From: Candidatus Harrisonbacteria bacterium CG10_big_fil_rev_8_21_14_0_10_40_38
GTDB taxonomy: Bacteria; Patescibacteriota; Minisyncoccia; UBA6257; 1-14-0-10-40-38
NCBI GenBank assembly: GCA_002773535.1
Contig: PFAZ01000007.1
Span: forward strand, 4,675-68,674
DNA length: 64,000 bases
Reading direction: 5' to 3'
A program made the translations under genes and the position numbers. The notes under the pieces were generated by a model, which was not told the origin of the DNA, searched no databases, and was given only the letters and a program-made list of their open reading frames with translations. Positions 8,908 to 19,377 of this stretch are shown here, one piece after another (the stretch's first letter is position 1; the number at the start of each line of letters is the position of its first letter).

Positions 8908-11900
8908 GTGGAAAAAACAAAATTACCAATATTTTTTATAATTGTTTTTACTCTATTAAATTTCACAAATTTAACAAAAGCCTCTGGATATCTTTCTAAG
9001 CCATTATCTATTTCAACCGAATACAGCTGGTTTGATCATACATCTCCAAAATATGGCGCAAATCCAGATCAGTACATAAACATCATGACAAGATATGATG
9101 GGCAAGTTTTTACCGATGGAAGTTGTATACCATATGAATCTTGTTACGATGGGCACGAAGGAATTGATTTTGTAGCTCAAGAAGGCACACCAGTTTTTGC
9201 CTCTGAGTCGGGCAATATTTCAATTGGGTATTCAAATTTAGGGGGTAGATGGACAAAAATTTGGCACGCAAGCCAAAATCAAGCAACGTATTATGGCCAC
9301 CTAAAAGAATACGTAATTACCAGTGGTTATGTTTCCAAAGGAGATCTTATTGCATTCTCAGGAAAGACCGGAGTAGTAAGTGGTCCACACCTACACTTTG
9401 GTGTGTATACCGCCCAAAGTAATGGAATCCCTATCGACCCATATGGTTGGTCTGGGCCGAGCCAAGACCCATGGCAATATGATCTAGGATATCTTTGGGA
9501 TGACAATACGCCACCATCTTGGGGTGAAGAACATGTTTCAGGAAATATTACCCAAGACACTACTTGGATTTCAGGAAATACATATGTTGTAGATGGATCT
9601 ATAACTGTAAATGCTGGAGTTACTCTCACGATAAATCCAAACGTTGTTGTAAAATTTGCCCCAAGTAATGGGGTAATTTCTGTTTATGGAACTCTAAATG
9701 CAAACGGAAATGGATTTCAAAAAATCTACTTCACCTCAATAAAAGACGACTCCGTAGGAGGGGATACGAATCATGACGGATCTGCCACAGCCCCAGCTCC
9801 AGGAGATTACGAGGGAATCTATTTCACCGACGGCTCATCTGGTGGTTTTAGTAATTCTGTATTTCGCTACGGTGGTAAATTAAACTACTGGGCCCAAATC
9901 CCATATGGAGCAATGCGTATCTATGGAGGTGATGTCTCGGTATCAAACACAGAATTTAAAAGTAATATCTACGGAATTTATTATTACAACAACAATACCT
10001 CCGGTACACTTTCCATACAAAACTCCCAATTTGATGAAAATGGAGATTATGGTTTCTATGCAAATTCACCAAATGGCAGAACTCTAATTGTTGAAGATTC
10101 TATATTTGGCAATCACAATATCTCAGCAGGTAAAATCTCAGAAAAAATAAATTTTATCAACTCTGGTAACCACCCCATGTCCGGGGTTTCGACAGTATTT
10201 CATATAATGTACGGCAATGCTCCTGTAAACCAAACTTGGAACCCCGGCATACCTTTCTTAATCGAAAGCTATACAATCGATCAAGGAAGAAAAGTAACGA
10301 TAAATCCCGGCACAATAGTTAAATTTAGCCAAGATTCTTCGATTAATGTTTATGGTTCGTTACTCGCTTTAGGAGAAGCAAATAATAGGGTCTACCTTAC
10401 TTCAGCGAAAGACGACTCCGTGGGAGGTGACACAAACCACGACGGATCTATTACTTCTCCGGCAGCAGGAGATTACTACGGCATGTATTTTTACGAAGGG
10501 TCAGTATCCGCTCTGCAAAATACTTCAATTAAATATGGTGGTAAATTCAACTACTGGTCACCAATTCCATATGGAGTAATACGTATTTATGGAGGACATT
10601 TGGTAATTCAACAAAGTGAAATAAACAGCAACAACCACGGAATATATCAAGTTGGAGACACAACTCTATATACCGAGTCATCAATGATTCAAAATAATAT
10701 TGGTCATGGGCTATATATTTTAAACTCAACAGGTATAGCAACCACAACTATCTTAAACAATGCATTTAACAATAATGAAAATAGCGATGCATACATCTCT
10801 GGAAAAACAATATTCGTAAATAGCGGCAATACCGGCGATGACTCAAGTAAGTTTATAATTTCCGGCCAAATAAGCTATGATCAAGTTTGGAATCCGGGTA
10901 TTCCATTTGTACTTAGTTACGTGTCTATTGATCAAAATAAAAAATTAACAATAAACCCTGGCACAATAGTAAAATTCAACCAAAGTTCCGCAATCAATGT
11001 TTATGGTTCCTTATTTGCTCTAGGTGAAGCAAATAATAAGGTCTACTTCACTTCGATAAAAGACGATACAGTCGGTGGAGACACTAACGGTGATGGATCC
11101 GCAACTTCACCGGCTCCAAGCGATTATCAAGGCATTTATTTTTTCGATGGATCCCATGGAGATATTAATTACGCAAACATTAGCTACGGAGGGGAATATA
11201 ACTATTGGTCAATTCATTATGGGGCATTGCGTATTGCAAATAGCGAAGTGTCAGTAAATAACAGTCTTTTCAAGAAGAATAGCTATGGTATATACATGTC
11301 ATATTCTGGATCAGTTTCAGTAAACAGGTCAGAGTTTGAAAGCAATGATTGTGGCGCGTGCATCTATGCGACACCAGCCACAGTTTCTTTTACAAATAAT
11401 GAATTTAATAACCAAAAAACATACGATATATTACTATCCGGCAATATTAATTTTATAAATAGCGGCAATACAGGTATAAACACCAAAGGAATTTTGTTAT
11501 CAAACTTCACGCCAACGGAAAATCAAATTTTAAATCCAGGAGTGCCATATGTCGTTCAATATGTATTAATTTCATCCGGGAAACAGATAGATATAAAACC
11601 AAACACAATTCTAAAATTTGATGGCAACGGCGCAATAATCACATATGGAAATCTTAATATCAAAGGGCTACAAAACGGACCAGTATATTTAACTTCATTA
11701 AAAGACGACTCTCTTGGCGGTGATACGAATGGGGATAAGCTCGGAACATCTCCACGTGAAGGCGATTACCAAGGAATATTTTTCTACTCTGGAGCAACGG
11801 GTATGATTGAAAATGCCGTGATAAAATATGGCGGTAAGTATATTTATGGCGTCAGTCCACCATATGGAGTAATTAGAGTATATGATGGAACTCTAACTAT

Positions 11901-12162
11901 TCGTAAGAGCACCATAACAAAAAACAAATATGGAATCATGCAACAAGGCAATAATTCTCATACAACAATATCGTTAAGTTCGATAACCGATAACTTAGAT
12001 TATGGGTTCTATAGCTATCGTCCCAATACGGTAAACGCCGATCATAACTGGTGGGGTAGTGCAACTGGCCCATATAATCCAAATTCAAATCCAAACGGAC
12101 AAGGAGACAGGGTTTCCGATGACATCCAATACACTCCTTGGTTAACCAGTAATCCAAACTAA
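8908..12162 (+). CDS. Secreted M23 peptidase fused to four beta-helix repeat modules
   Basis: Signal peptide; HEGID and GPHLHF zinc motifs; four copies of (F/L)TSxKDDxxGGDTNxD…GDYxGIYF. Confidence 0.8.
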   Translation: MEKTKLPIFFIIVFTLLNFTNLTKASGYLSKPLSISTEYSWFDHTSPKYGANPDQYINIMTRYDGQVFTDGSCIPYESCYDGHEGIDFVAQEGTPVFASESGNISIGYSNLGGRWTKIWHASQNQATYYGHLKEYVITSGYVSKGDLIAFSGKTGVVSGPHLHFGVYTAQSNGIPIDPYGWSGPSQDPWQYDLGYLWDDNTPPSWGEEHVSGNITQDTTWISGNTYVVDGSITVNAGVTLTINPNVVVKFAPSNGVISVYGTLNANGNGFQKIYFTSIKDDSVGGDTNHDGSATAPAPGDYEGIYFTDGSSGGFSNSVFRYGGKLNYWAQIPYGAMRIYGGDVSVSNTEFKSNIYGIYYYNNNTSGTLSIQNSQFDENGDYGFYANSPNGRTLIVEDSIFGNHNISAGKISEKINFINSGNHPMSGVSTVFHIMYGNAPVNQTWNPGIPFLIESYTIDQGRKVTINPGTIVKFSQDSSINVYGSLLALGEANNRVYLTSAKDDSVGGDTNHDGSITSPAAGDYYGMYFYEGSVSALQNTSIKYGGKFNYWSPIPYGVIRIYGGHLVIQQSEINSNNHGIYQVGDTTLYTESSMIQNNIGHGLYILNSTGIATTTILNNAFNNNENSDAYISGKTIFVNSGNTGDDSSKFIISGQISYDQVWNPGIPFVLSYVSIDQNKKLTINPGTIVKFNQSSAINVYGSLFALGEANNKVYFTSIKDDTVGGDTNGDGSATSPAPSDYQGIYFFDGSHGDINYANISYGGEYNYWSIHYGALRIANSEVSVNNSLFKKNSYGIYMSYSGSVSVNRSEFESNDCGACIYATPATVSFTNNEFNNQKTYDILLSGNINFINSGNTGINTKGILLSNFTPTENQILNPGVPYVVQYVLISSGKQIDIKPNTILKFDGNGAIITYGNLNIKGLQNGPVYLTSLKDDSLGGDTNGDKLGTSPREGDYQGIFFYSGATGMIENAVIKYGGKYIYGVSPPYGVIRVYDGTLTIRKSTITKNKYGIMQQGNNSHTTISLSSITDNLDYGFYSYRPNTVNADHNWWGSATGPYNPNSNPNGQGDRVSDDIQYTPWLTSNPN

Positions 12163-12184
12163 AAACCCCGCCAAGCGAGGTTTT
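12162..12184. terminator. Bidirectional hairpin terminator (CCCCGC-NNN-GCG family)
   Basis: AAAACCCCGC-CAA-GCGAGGTTTT between convergent genes. Confidence 0.6.
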
Positions 12185-12199
12185 CTTTCCGGCAATTCA

Positions 12200-12469
12200 T
12201 TAAGCAACTTCCTTCTTTGTCTCTTGTTTTTTCATACGAACTTTCTTTGCCTTATTCGGCATTGCAGCGGCTTTTTCCTTTCTTGCCTTAAATTTCTCAA
12301 CTCTTCCTGCTGTATCGATAAGTTTCTCTTTGCCGGTATAAAAAGGATGGCAGTTATAGCAAATTTCAACAGAAATCTCCTTTTTTGTTGAGCCAACCGT
12401 AAACTCATTACCGCATGCACAGCGAACTTTTGCTTCAGGGTAATATGTTGGATGTGCGTCGGTTTTCAT
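12200..12469 (-). CDS. rpmE: 50S ribosomal protein L31 (zinc-binding type)
   Basis: MKTDAHPTY…CACG…C..CHPFYTG…DTAGRVEKF. Confidence 0.97.
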   Translation of the reverse strand: MKTDAHPTYYPEAKVRCACGNEFTVGSTKKEISVEICYNCHPFYTGKEKLIDTAGRVEKFKARKEKAAAMPNKAKKVRMKKQETKKEVA

Positions 12470-12603
12470 AGTAAAGCAATTATATTCGATAAATTAATCT
12501 TTGACAAGAGGCATATTATGGGAATAACATACCTCTTATAGACCCGCTCTTTCCCACATCCGTCAAAAGGAGTTGAGAAAATGTAAATAATAAGGAGAGA
12601 AGA

Positions 12604-13203
12604 GTGATGGAAAAAGCATATTTTGCGCTAATAGCTGTATTCAGTGTGTGTAGTTGCACTGTTACTGATCACGAGCGTAAGTTTCCTAAAAGTTGTGAAG
12701 GAGATCTGGATGCGATAAAAGACCGATTTTCTTTAGTGAAAAATGGCGAAACAACAGAAGAAGATCTCAGGGCCCTCGGGTTTGTATTCGAGGATGATAA
12801 CATCAGGACTATCCCAGGCCCCGGAGCTATGAAAACACTCTTCAGTAATGAGGCATTTCAAGGTCTTCTAGGAGGCCTAGGTAAGGCTATAAACTCCGAT
12901 CTTTGGGGTGAATACAGCTCGCTTAGGCTAATTATTATCCCTCACAAGGATATAACAACAACAGAAGACATTATATATATAAATCACAAACTCAGTACCA
13001 GAATAGGCCACAATTTCAGGTTTATTCTAGTATTTAAGGATGATGTTGTGATTTATCATGATTCAGATGGTACTTTTTTCGATGAAAGTAGAGACAAAAG
13101 CGCATTTCTTCTAGGTCTCTGGACTCTTCTTGGAATTACCAGAGATAACTTCGAATGGCCTCCAATTCCTAAACTTTTCGAAGCCGCGCCCCTCCCTCAG
13201 TAA
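12604..13203 (+). CDS. Orphan putative lipoprotein
   Basis: Lipobox-like VCSC after hydrophobic leader; TAAGGAG SD; own promoter and terminator. Confidence 0.6.
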   Translation: MMEKAYFALIAVFSVCSCTVTDHERKFPKSCEGDLDAIKDRFSLVKNGETTEEDLRALGFVFEDDNIRTIPGPGAMKTLFSNEAFQGLLGGLGKAINSDLWGEYSSLRLIIIPHKDITTTEDIIYINHKLSTRIGHNFRFILVFKDDVVIYHDSDGTFFDESRDKSAFLLGLWTLLGITRDNFEWPPIPKLFEAAPLPQ

Positions 13204-13210
13204 CCCAAAA

Positions 13211-13231
13211 GCCCCTGTTTCTAATAGGGGC
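13211..13231 (+). terminator. Hairpin terminator
   Basis: GCCCCTGTT-TCT-AATAGGGGC directly after the stop codon. Confidence 0.6.
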
Positions 13232-13242
13232 ACTTTAATAGC

Positions 13243-13287
13243 TTGACAGTTGAAAACTGCCCTCTATAATGGGTAATGCTCTGTAAA
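13243..13287 (+). promoter_or_regulatory. rRNA promoter with boxA-like antiterminator
   Basis: TTGACA(13243)-N16-TATAAT(13265); TGCTCTGTAAA at 13277. Confidence 0.85.
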
Positions 13288-13345
13288 GATACAAAAAAGC
13301 CAGATTTGACCGACCATTAACAAAAAATGCAGCAAAGTTGAAAGT

Positions 13346-13365
13346 TATATAGTTGTCCCAATTTA
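13346..13365 (+). other. 16S processing stem, 5' arm
   Basis: TATATAGTTGTCCCAATTTA is the exact reverse complement of 15149-15168. Confidence 0.85.
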
Positions 13366-13437
13366 TTTTAAGGAGGTATTCAAGAATAATGCACCTGCTT
13401 TCTTTTGAAAGTTTTTGCATTATTAGTGATTACTTTC

Positions 13438-15024
<1,587 letters not shown>

Positions 15025-15148
15025 AAGTCGAACATACTTTTTTATGTTTAGTGCAGTACTGCAATCTTTTTATAGGTTCAGGGAAGCAAAAAGTGTTGAT
15101 CGAGGAGCTTTAAGTCTCGATTCGTGTATTAGAGAAATCAAATACGCG

Positions 15149-15168
15149 TAAATTGGGACAACTATATA
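15149..15168 (+). other. 16S processing stem, 3' arm
   Basis: TAAATTGGGACAACTATATA pairs with 13346-13365. Confidence 0.85.
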
Positions 15169-15182
15169 GACTTCAACAAAAA

Positions 15183-15218
15183 GCACAAGAAGGCGCCGCC
15201 CCGCCTTCATTTTTGTGC
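15183..15218 (+). terminator. Probable rRNA transcript terminator
   Basis: GAAGGCG…CGCCTTC hairpin followed by ATTTTT. Confidence 0.6.
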
Positions 15219-15352
15219 CCTCTATTGTTGTCCCCCCGAGAAATAAATAGTCCACTTTTATCATACATATGGTATAATATCCACAAGAGGTGCTGATTTT
15301 TACAAGCACCGGTTTATGGCGTTGTGCTATATGTTCAAATTTTAAAAAAAAC

Positions 15353-15742
15353 ATGGCAAAAATTTTGCTCGTAGAAGATGATCAATTTCTTTCAGCTTTG
15401 TTAAAAACAAGGCTTGAAAAAGAAAAATTTGAAGTCATAGCGGCACACGATGGCCCAGAAGCGCTTCAAGCGCTCCGCAGTGTAAAACCAGATTTAATAC
15501 TTTTAGATATTATATTGCCGGGAAAGTCAGGTTTCGATATTTTAGAAGAAATGAGGAGCGATCCCCAGCTTCAGGATAAAAAAGATGTTCCAGTTATTAT
15601 CATTTCCAACCTCGGGCAGGAAAGTGACATGGAACGCGGTAAAGAACTTGGTGTTGTAGATTATTTTGTCAAAGCAAGAGTCTCGATAGATGAGCTTGTC
15701 AAAAAAGTTAATAGCTTCATAACAACTCCCGCAAAAAACTAA
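15353..15742 (+). CDS. Single-domain response regulator (receiver only)
   Basis: ILLVEDD, DLILLDIILP and SNL…K receiver motifs. Confidence 0.92.
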   Translation: MAKILLVEDDQFLSALLKTRLEKEKFEVIAAHDGPEALQALRSVKPDLILLDIILPGKSGFDILEEMRSDPQLQDKKDVPVIIISNLGQESDMERGKELGVVDYFVKARVSIDELVKKVNSFITTPAKN

Positions 15743-15827
15743 ACAAATAAAAAATTGACGCAGAAAAAGCGCCTATTTTTTAATCAAAAACCCAAACATC
15801 ATTTATTAAAACTTTCCCATCTACCTC

Positions 15828-15989
15828 TAAAAACATAGCTTATTTGAAAGCGTCTGGTTGGCACGCATATCTCATCACCCCACTCAAAACAATATTTAAT
15901 AAATTCTTGATCGGATTATGAGACTGTTTTGGCACACATCCTCCAACTCTAATTAAAAACATAGCTTATTTGAAAGCGTCTGGTTGGCA
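15828..15989 (+). repeat. Two identical 36-bp direct repeats (15828-15863, 15954-15989), plus partial inverted copy at 16044-16067
   Basis: TAAAAACATAGCTTATTTGAAAGCGTCTGGTTGGCA occurs twice; CGCTTTCAAATAAGTCTATGTTTT is the inverted copy with a 1-nt insertion. Confidence 0.9.
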
Positions 15990-16077
15990 TGGGGTCAAAA
16001 ATTTCTCCCCCCGCTATGCGGGGGGGTTATAAAAATAGAGGAGCGCTTTCAAATAAGTCTATGTTTTCATATTTTAC

Positions 16078-16124
16078 TTATCCACAATCCGCTCCTTTCA
16101 AGAAAAACCCTGTGGCTCTATAAT
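16078..16124 (+). promoter_or_regulatory. Probable pilin promoter with adjacent DnaA-box match
   Basis: TTATCCACA at 16078-16086; TTTCAA-N17-TATAAT at 16096-16124. Confidence 0.5.
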
Positions 16125-16168
16125 CAAATTAAATTCATTACAGAAATGGTCGAGAACATCGAAAAGAA

Positions 16169-16264
16169 AAGCGCGCGAGTAAGGAAACGCGACGTGAATA
16201 TGCGCAACAACGTGTGAGGAACGTTTTTGCGCAAATTCGCAAGTATATCCCTTCTCGCGCGCTT
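16169..16264 (+). promoter_or_regulatory. Long GC-rich hairpin in pilin 5' leader
   Basis: AAGCGCGCGAG/CTCGCGCGCTT outer stem; TGCGCAA/TTGCGCA and AACGT/ACGTT inner stems. Confidence 0.7.
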
Positions 16265-16299
16265 AGTAGTTAAAAAACAAAAAAACAAAAAAAACAAAA

Positions 16300-16902
16300 A
16301 TGAGAAAAGGATTTACACTTATCGAACTTCTTATCGTTATAGGTATTTTGGCAATTTTAGCCACGACAGTAGTACTAGTACTAAACCCGGCACAAATCTT
16401 GCAGGAATCACGCGATACACAACGAGTTTCTGACCTAGGTTCAGTTCAGTCTGCTATTGGTCTTTATCTTGCCACTTCGCCCAGTATTGATATGGATGTT
16501 GCAAACGGAACATGTGCCACAAACTGGTGGTCATCAACAAGCGCAACCGGAGCAGCAAATCAACCATTTGCCAACCCTGCAGTACAAGTTGATTCAGCAA
16601 CGCTGGCAGATTCAAGAGCCGTTGATGGTAACGGATGGGTTGCAGTTAACTTCGGTTTGGTATCAGGAGGATCCCCGCTAGGATCTCTCCCAATAGATCC
16701 AAGCGAAGACGCAACCAATGCTTTAGATGCGGGCGGCCATTTCTATGCGTATTCATGCTCAGCTACCAATACATATGAAATTAATGGAAACATGGAAAGC
16801 GCTAAGTTTGGAAATGGTGGAGGATCAGACGTAGAAAATACAGACGGTGGTAATGAGCCAGATATTTACGAAATTGGCACAGAGCCAGGTCTCGACCTAT
16901 AA
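16300..16902 (+). CDS. Type IV major pilin
   Basis: Class III signal MRKG|FTLIELLIVIGILAIL; RDTQRVSDL; own promoter and terminator. Confidence 0.9.
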   Translation: MRKGFTLIELLIVIGILAILATTVVLVLNPAQILQESRDTQRVSDLGSVQSAIGLYLATSPSIDMDVANGTCATNWWSSTSATGAANQPFANPAVQVDSATLADSRAVDGNGWVAVNFGLVSGGSPLGSLPIDPSEDATNALDAGGHFYAYSCSATNTYEINGNMESAKFGNGGGSDVENTDGGNEPDIYEIGTEPGLDL

Positions 16903-16920
16903 AAGTTAATCTGTAAAAAA

Positions 16921-16948
16921 CAACCCCGCTCTGCGGGGCTGTTTTTTT
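16921..16948 (+). terminator. Rho-independent terminator (CAACCCCGC-NNN-GCGGGG family)
   Basis: CAACCCCGC-TCT-GCGGGGCTG followed by T7. Confidence 0.8.
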
Positions 16949-16985
16949 ATTAACACACTCAAGTTATGCTAAAATAACTTACATA

Positions 16986-17558
16986 ATGCCATACGAAAAC
17001 CTAGCGTTTTACATATCGACGGGTATCTTGTTGTTCGCGCTTTTTATCCAGTCAAAAGAAAAAACAAAAAAATTTATAAAACCTCTCTTTTGGACTACGT
17101 CAGTCCTTGTTTTAGGATACTTGAGCTATATAACTTATCTTCAATACAAAGCTTTTCAAAAGTCATATCTTGATCTCACGATAGGTACACTAGATGGTCT
17201 TAAGTGGTTTGCAGGCTACGTGCAGCTTCACTTCTGGAACACTTATCTTGTTTCATTTGTTGCAGCCCTGTTAATATTCGCTCTCGCTAAATACATAAAT
17301 AAAAAAAGGGGAGAGGTTTTTTTAGAAGGGGAGGAAATATATCTTGGCGGATTAGGTGTTTTATTAGTTGGTTATCCCTCATTTTTCTTTTATATACCGC
17401 TAGTACTTTTACTTGCCATCATCACTTCACTTATAACAAAAAAACAAAAAGAACGGCTCCCGCTTTATTATTTCTGGATGCCTACAGCAATTTTAGTGCT
17501 TTTGGTCATATTTTTTTGGGCAGAACATCAGTCGTGGTGGTTTACATTTAGATTTTAA
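16986..17558 (+). CDS. Membrane protein resembling the C-terminal part of prepilin peptidase (A24-like)
   Basis: Multi-TM; EGEEIYLGGLGVLLVGYP and RLPLYYF resemble GGGDVKL…G…GW and xPFGP; pilus-cluster context. Confidence 0.45.
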   Translation: MPYENLAFYISTGILLFALFIQSKEKTKKFIKPLFWTTSVLVLGYLSYITYLQYKAFQKSYLDLTIGTLDGLKWFAGYVQLHFWNTYLVSFVAALLIFALAKYINKKRGEVFLEGEEIYLGGLGVLLVGYPSFFFYIPLVLLLAIITSLITKKQKERLPLYYFWMPTAILVLLVIFFWAEHQSWWFTFRF

Positions 17559-17658
17559 AGAAAATTCAAAAAATATATCAATGAAATCAATAAAACAAAA
17601 TCAAATTAGTTCTAATAAATATTTTTTATCTTTGATATTTAATTTTTGATTTTTTATT

Positions 17659-19374
17659 ATGCTTCACATTCCTGAAAATGAATTTAAGAAAATACTTGTA
17701 GGAGACAAGGTTATAACTGCTGAGCAATTTGATAAGGCTACCAGTGAGGCGAGGCGTATGGGCACAAACGTTGCCAATATTTTACTTGAACAAAATCTAA
17801 TTACTACAGAGTACTATCAGACGCTTCTTTCAAAGTTTTATAATCTTGAACCGGCAAATTTAGGTGAAAAACAGATCAACGAAGAGGTTTTTAAGCTCAT
17901 ACCTGAAAATATTGCCAGGCAAAAAAGAATAATCGTATTTGGCAAAGAGCAGGATGGCACAATAGACGTTGCGATGGAGGATCCCAGTGATCTTATAACT
18001 ATCGAATACCTTACAAATCACCTAAAATCCAAAATCAAACCATTTTTGGCATCTCGTGATGACATGAACCAAGGTCTGGCTATTTATGGCCAGAAAGTTG
18101 CAGAAGATTTTTCAAAAGAAATAGAAAAAAACATTCAGGCATCACTAAAAAACAAGCTTTCAAGTAGAGATGTAAAAGAAGCCGCTACCGATCTCCCGAT
18201 AGTATCCCTAACCGACAACCTTCTTTCATACGCCATGGCTCTGCATACTTCAGATATTCACATTGAGGTTTTAGAAACAGAAGTTCTTGTACGTTTCAGA
18301 ATAGATGGCATTTTACACGAAATTATGAGGATTCCTAAAGAAGTTCACACAGCTCTGGTCGCAAGGTTTAAATTTCTATCAGGCCTCAAGTTAGATGAAC
18401 ACGTAAAACCTCAAGATGGACGTTTTAGGCATAAAGTGGGCATCGATGTTATAGACATTCGTGTTTCTATTATCCCAACTTTTTACGGTGAAAAAGTGGA
18501 AATGCGTCTCCTTTCAGCCACAGAAAGGCCACTTTCATTCGAAGAACTTGGTCTTTTCTCCGATACAATAAATGCCATAAAGAAAAATATCACCAAAACC
18601 TACGGTATGATCCTTGTTACCGGTCCAACGGGATCTGGTAAGACGACAACTCTCTATTCGATTATGGCTGCCCTCAACAAGACAGAAATAAACATCGTAA
18701 CCATCGAGGATCCAATCGAGTACTACATGAAATACGTAAATCAGATTCAGGTAAACTCTCAAGCTGGTATTACTTTTGCGAATGGTTTAAGGGCAATTCT
18801 TCGTCAAGACCCTAACGTCGTTATGGTCGGTGAGATTCGTGACGAAGAAACAGCAGAAATATCAGTTCATGCTGCTCTAACCGGTCACTTAGTCTTGTCA
18901 TCTATTCACACAAACGACGCCCCAACGGCCATTCCTAGGTTTATAGACCTCAAGGTGGCGCCATTCCTTGCCGCAGCAGTAATGAACCTCATTATCGCTC
19001 AACGTCTAGTGAGGCGCCTTTGTATGACTTGTATACAGTCTTACAAAGTAGAGGACGAAATGCAGAAAGCTCTCCAGAAACAAATGAACGATTTAGGACT
19101 TACAACTAATTTTCAGATACCTAAAACAATGTTTAAGGGAAAAGGATGTTCTGCGTGTAATGGAACGGGATATAAAGGACGTATTGGAATTTATGAGGTA
19201 TTAAATATCAGTGAAGATGTGCGAAAATATATAGTAGAGCCTGACTTTAGCCTTGACGGGTTAAAGGAGATAGCAAAAAAAGAAGGTTTTATATCAATGT
19301 TTGAAGATGGACTTCGAAAAGTTGAAAGAGGCGTGACAACATTAGAGGAGATATTAAGAGTAATTAGAGAATAG
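17659..19374 (+). CDS. pilB: Type IV pilus assembly ATPase PilB/GspE
   Basis: GPTGSGKTT, TIEDPIEY, LRQDPNVVMVGEIRD, His box and CxxC…CxxC. Confidence 0.95.
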   Translation: MLHIPENEFKKILVGDKVITAEQFDKATSEARRMGTNVANILLEQNLITTEYYQTLLSKFYNLEPANLGEKQINEEVFKLIPENIARQKRIIVFGKEQDGTIDVAMEDPSDLITIEYLTNHLKSKIKPFLASRDDMNQGLAIYGQKVAEDFSKEIEKNIQASLKNKLSSRDVKEAATDLPIVSLTDNLLSYAMALHTSDIHIEVLETEVLVRFRIDGILHEIMRIPKEVHTALVARFKFLSGLKLDEHVKPQDGRFRHKVGIDVIDIRVSIIPTFYGEKVEMRLLSATERPLSFEELGLFSDTINAIKKNITKTYGMILVTGPTGSGKTTTLYSIMAALNKTEINIVTIEDPIEYYMKYVNQIQVNSQAGITFANGLRAILRQDPNVVMVGEIRDEETAEISVHAALTGHLVLSSIHTNDAPTAIPRFIDLKVAPFLAAAVMNLIIAQRLVRRLCMTCIQSYKVEDEMQKALQKQMNDLGLTTNFQIPKTMFKGKGCSACNGTGYKGRIGIYEVLNISEDVRKYIVEPDFSLDGLKEIAKKEGFISMFEDGLRKVERGVTTLEEILRVIRE

Positions 19375-19377
19375 AAA

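Noticed and set aside
13371-13400. AAGGAGGT in the 16S leader as an SD or anti-SD partner
   Set aside because: It can pair locally with ACCTGCTT as a leader stem, no credible ORF follows and the 16S tail has no CCUCC
15828-15989. CRISPR array (36-bp repeats)
   Set aside because: Only two copies, a 90-bp spacer, no cas genes in the window and a third copy that is inverted
15277-16086. Replication origin suggested by DnaA-box matches
   Set aside because: Only one perfect and one near match, no dnaA/dnaN nearby, and gene orientation does not diverge here
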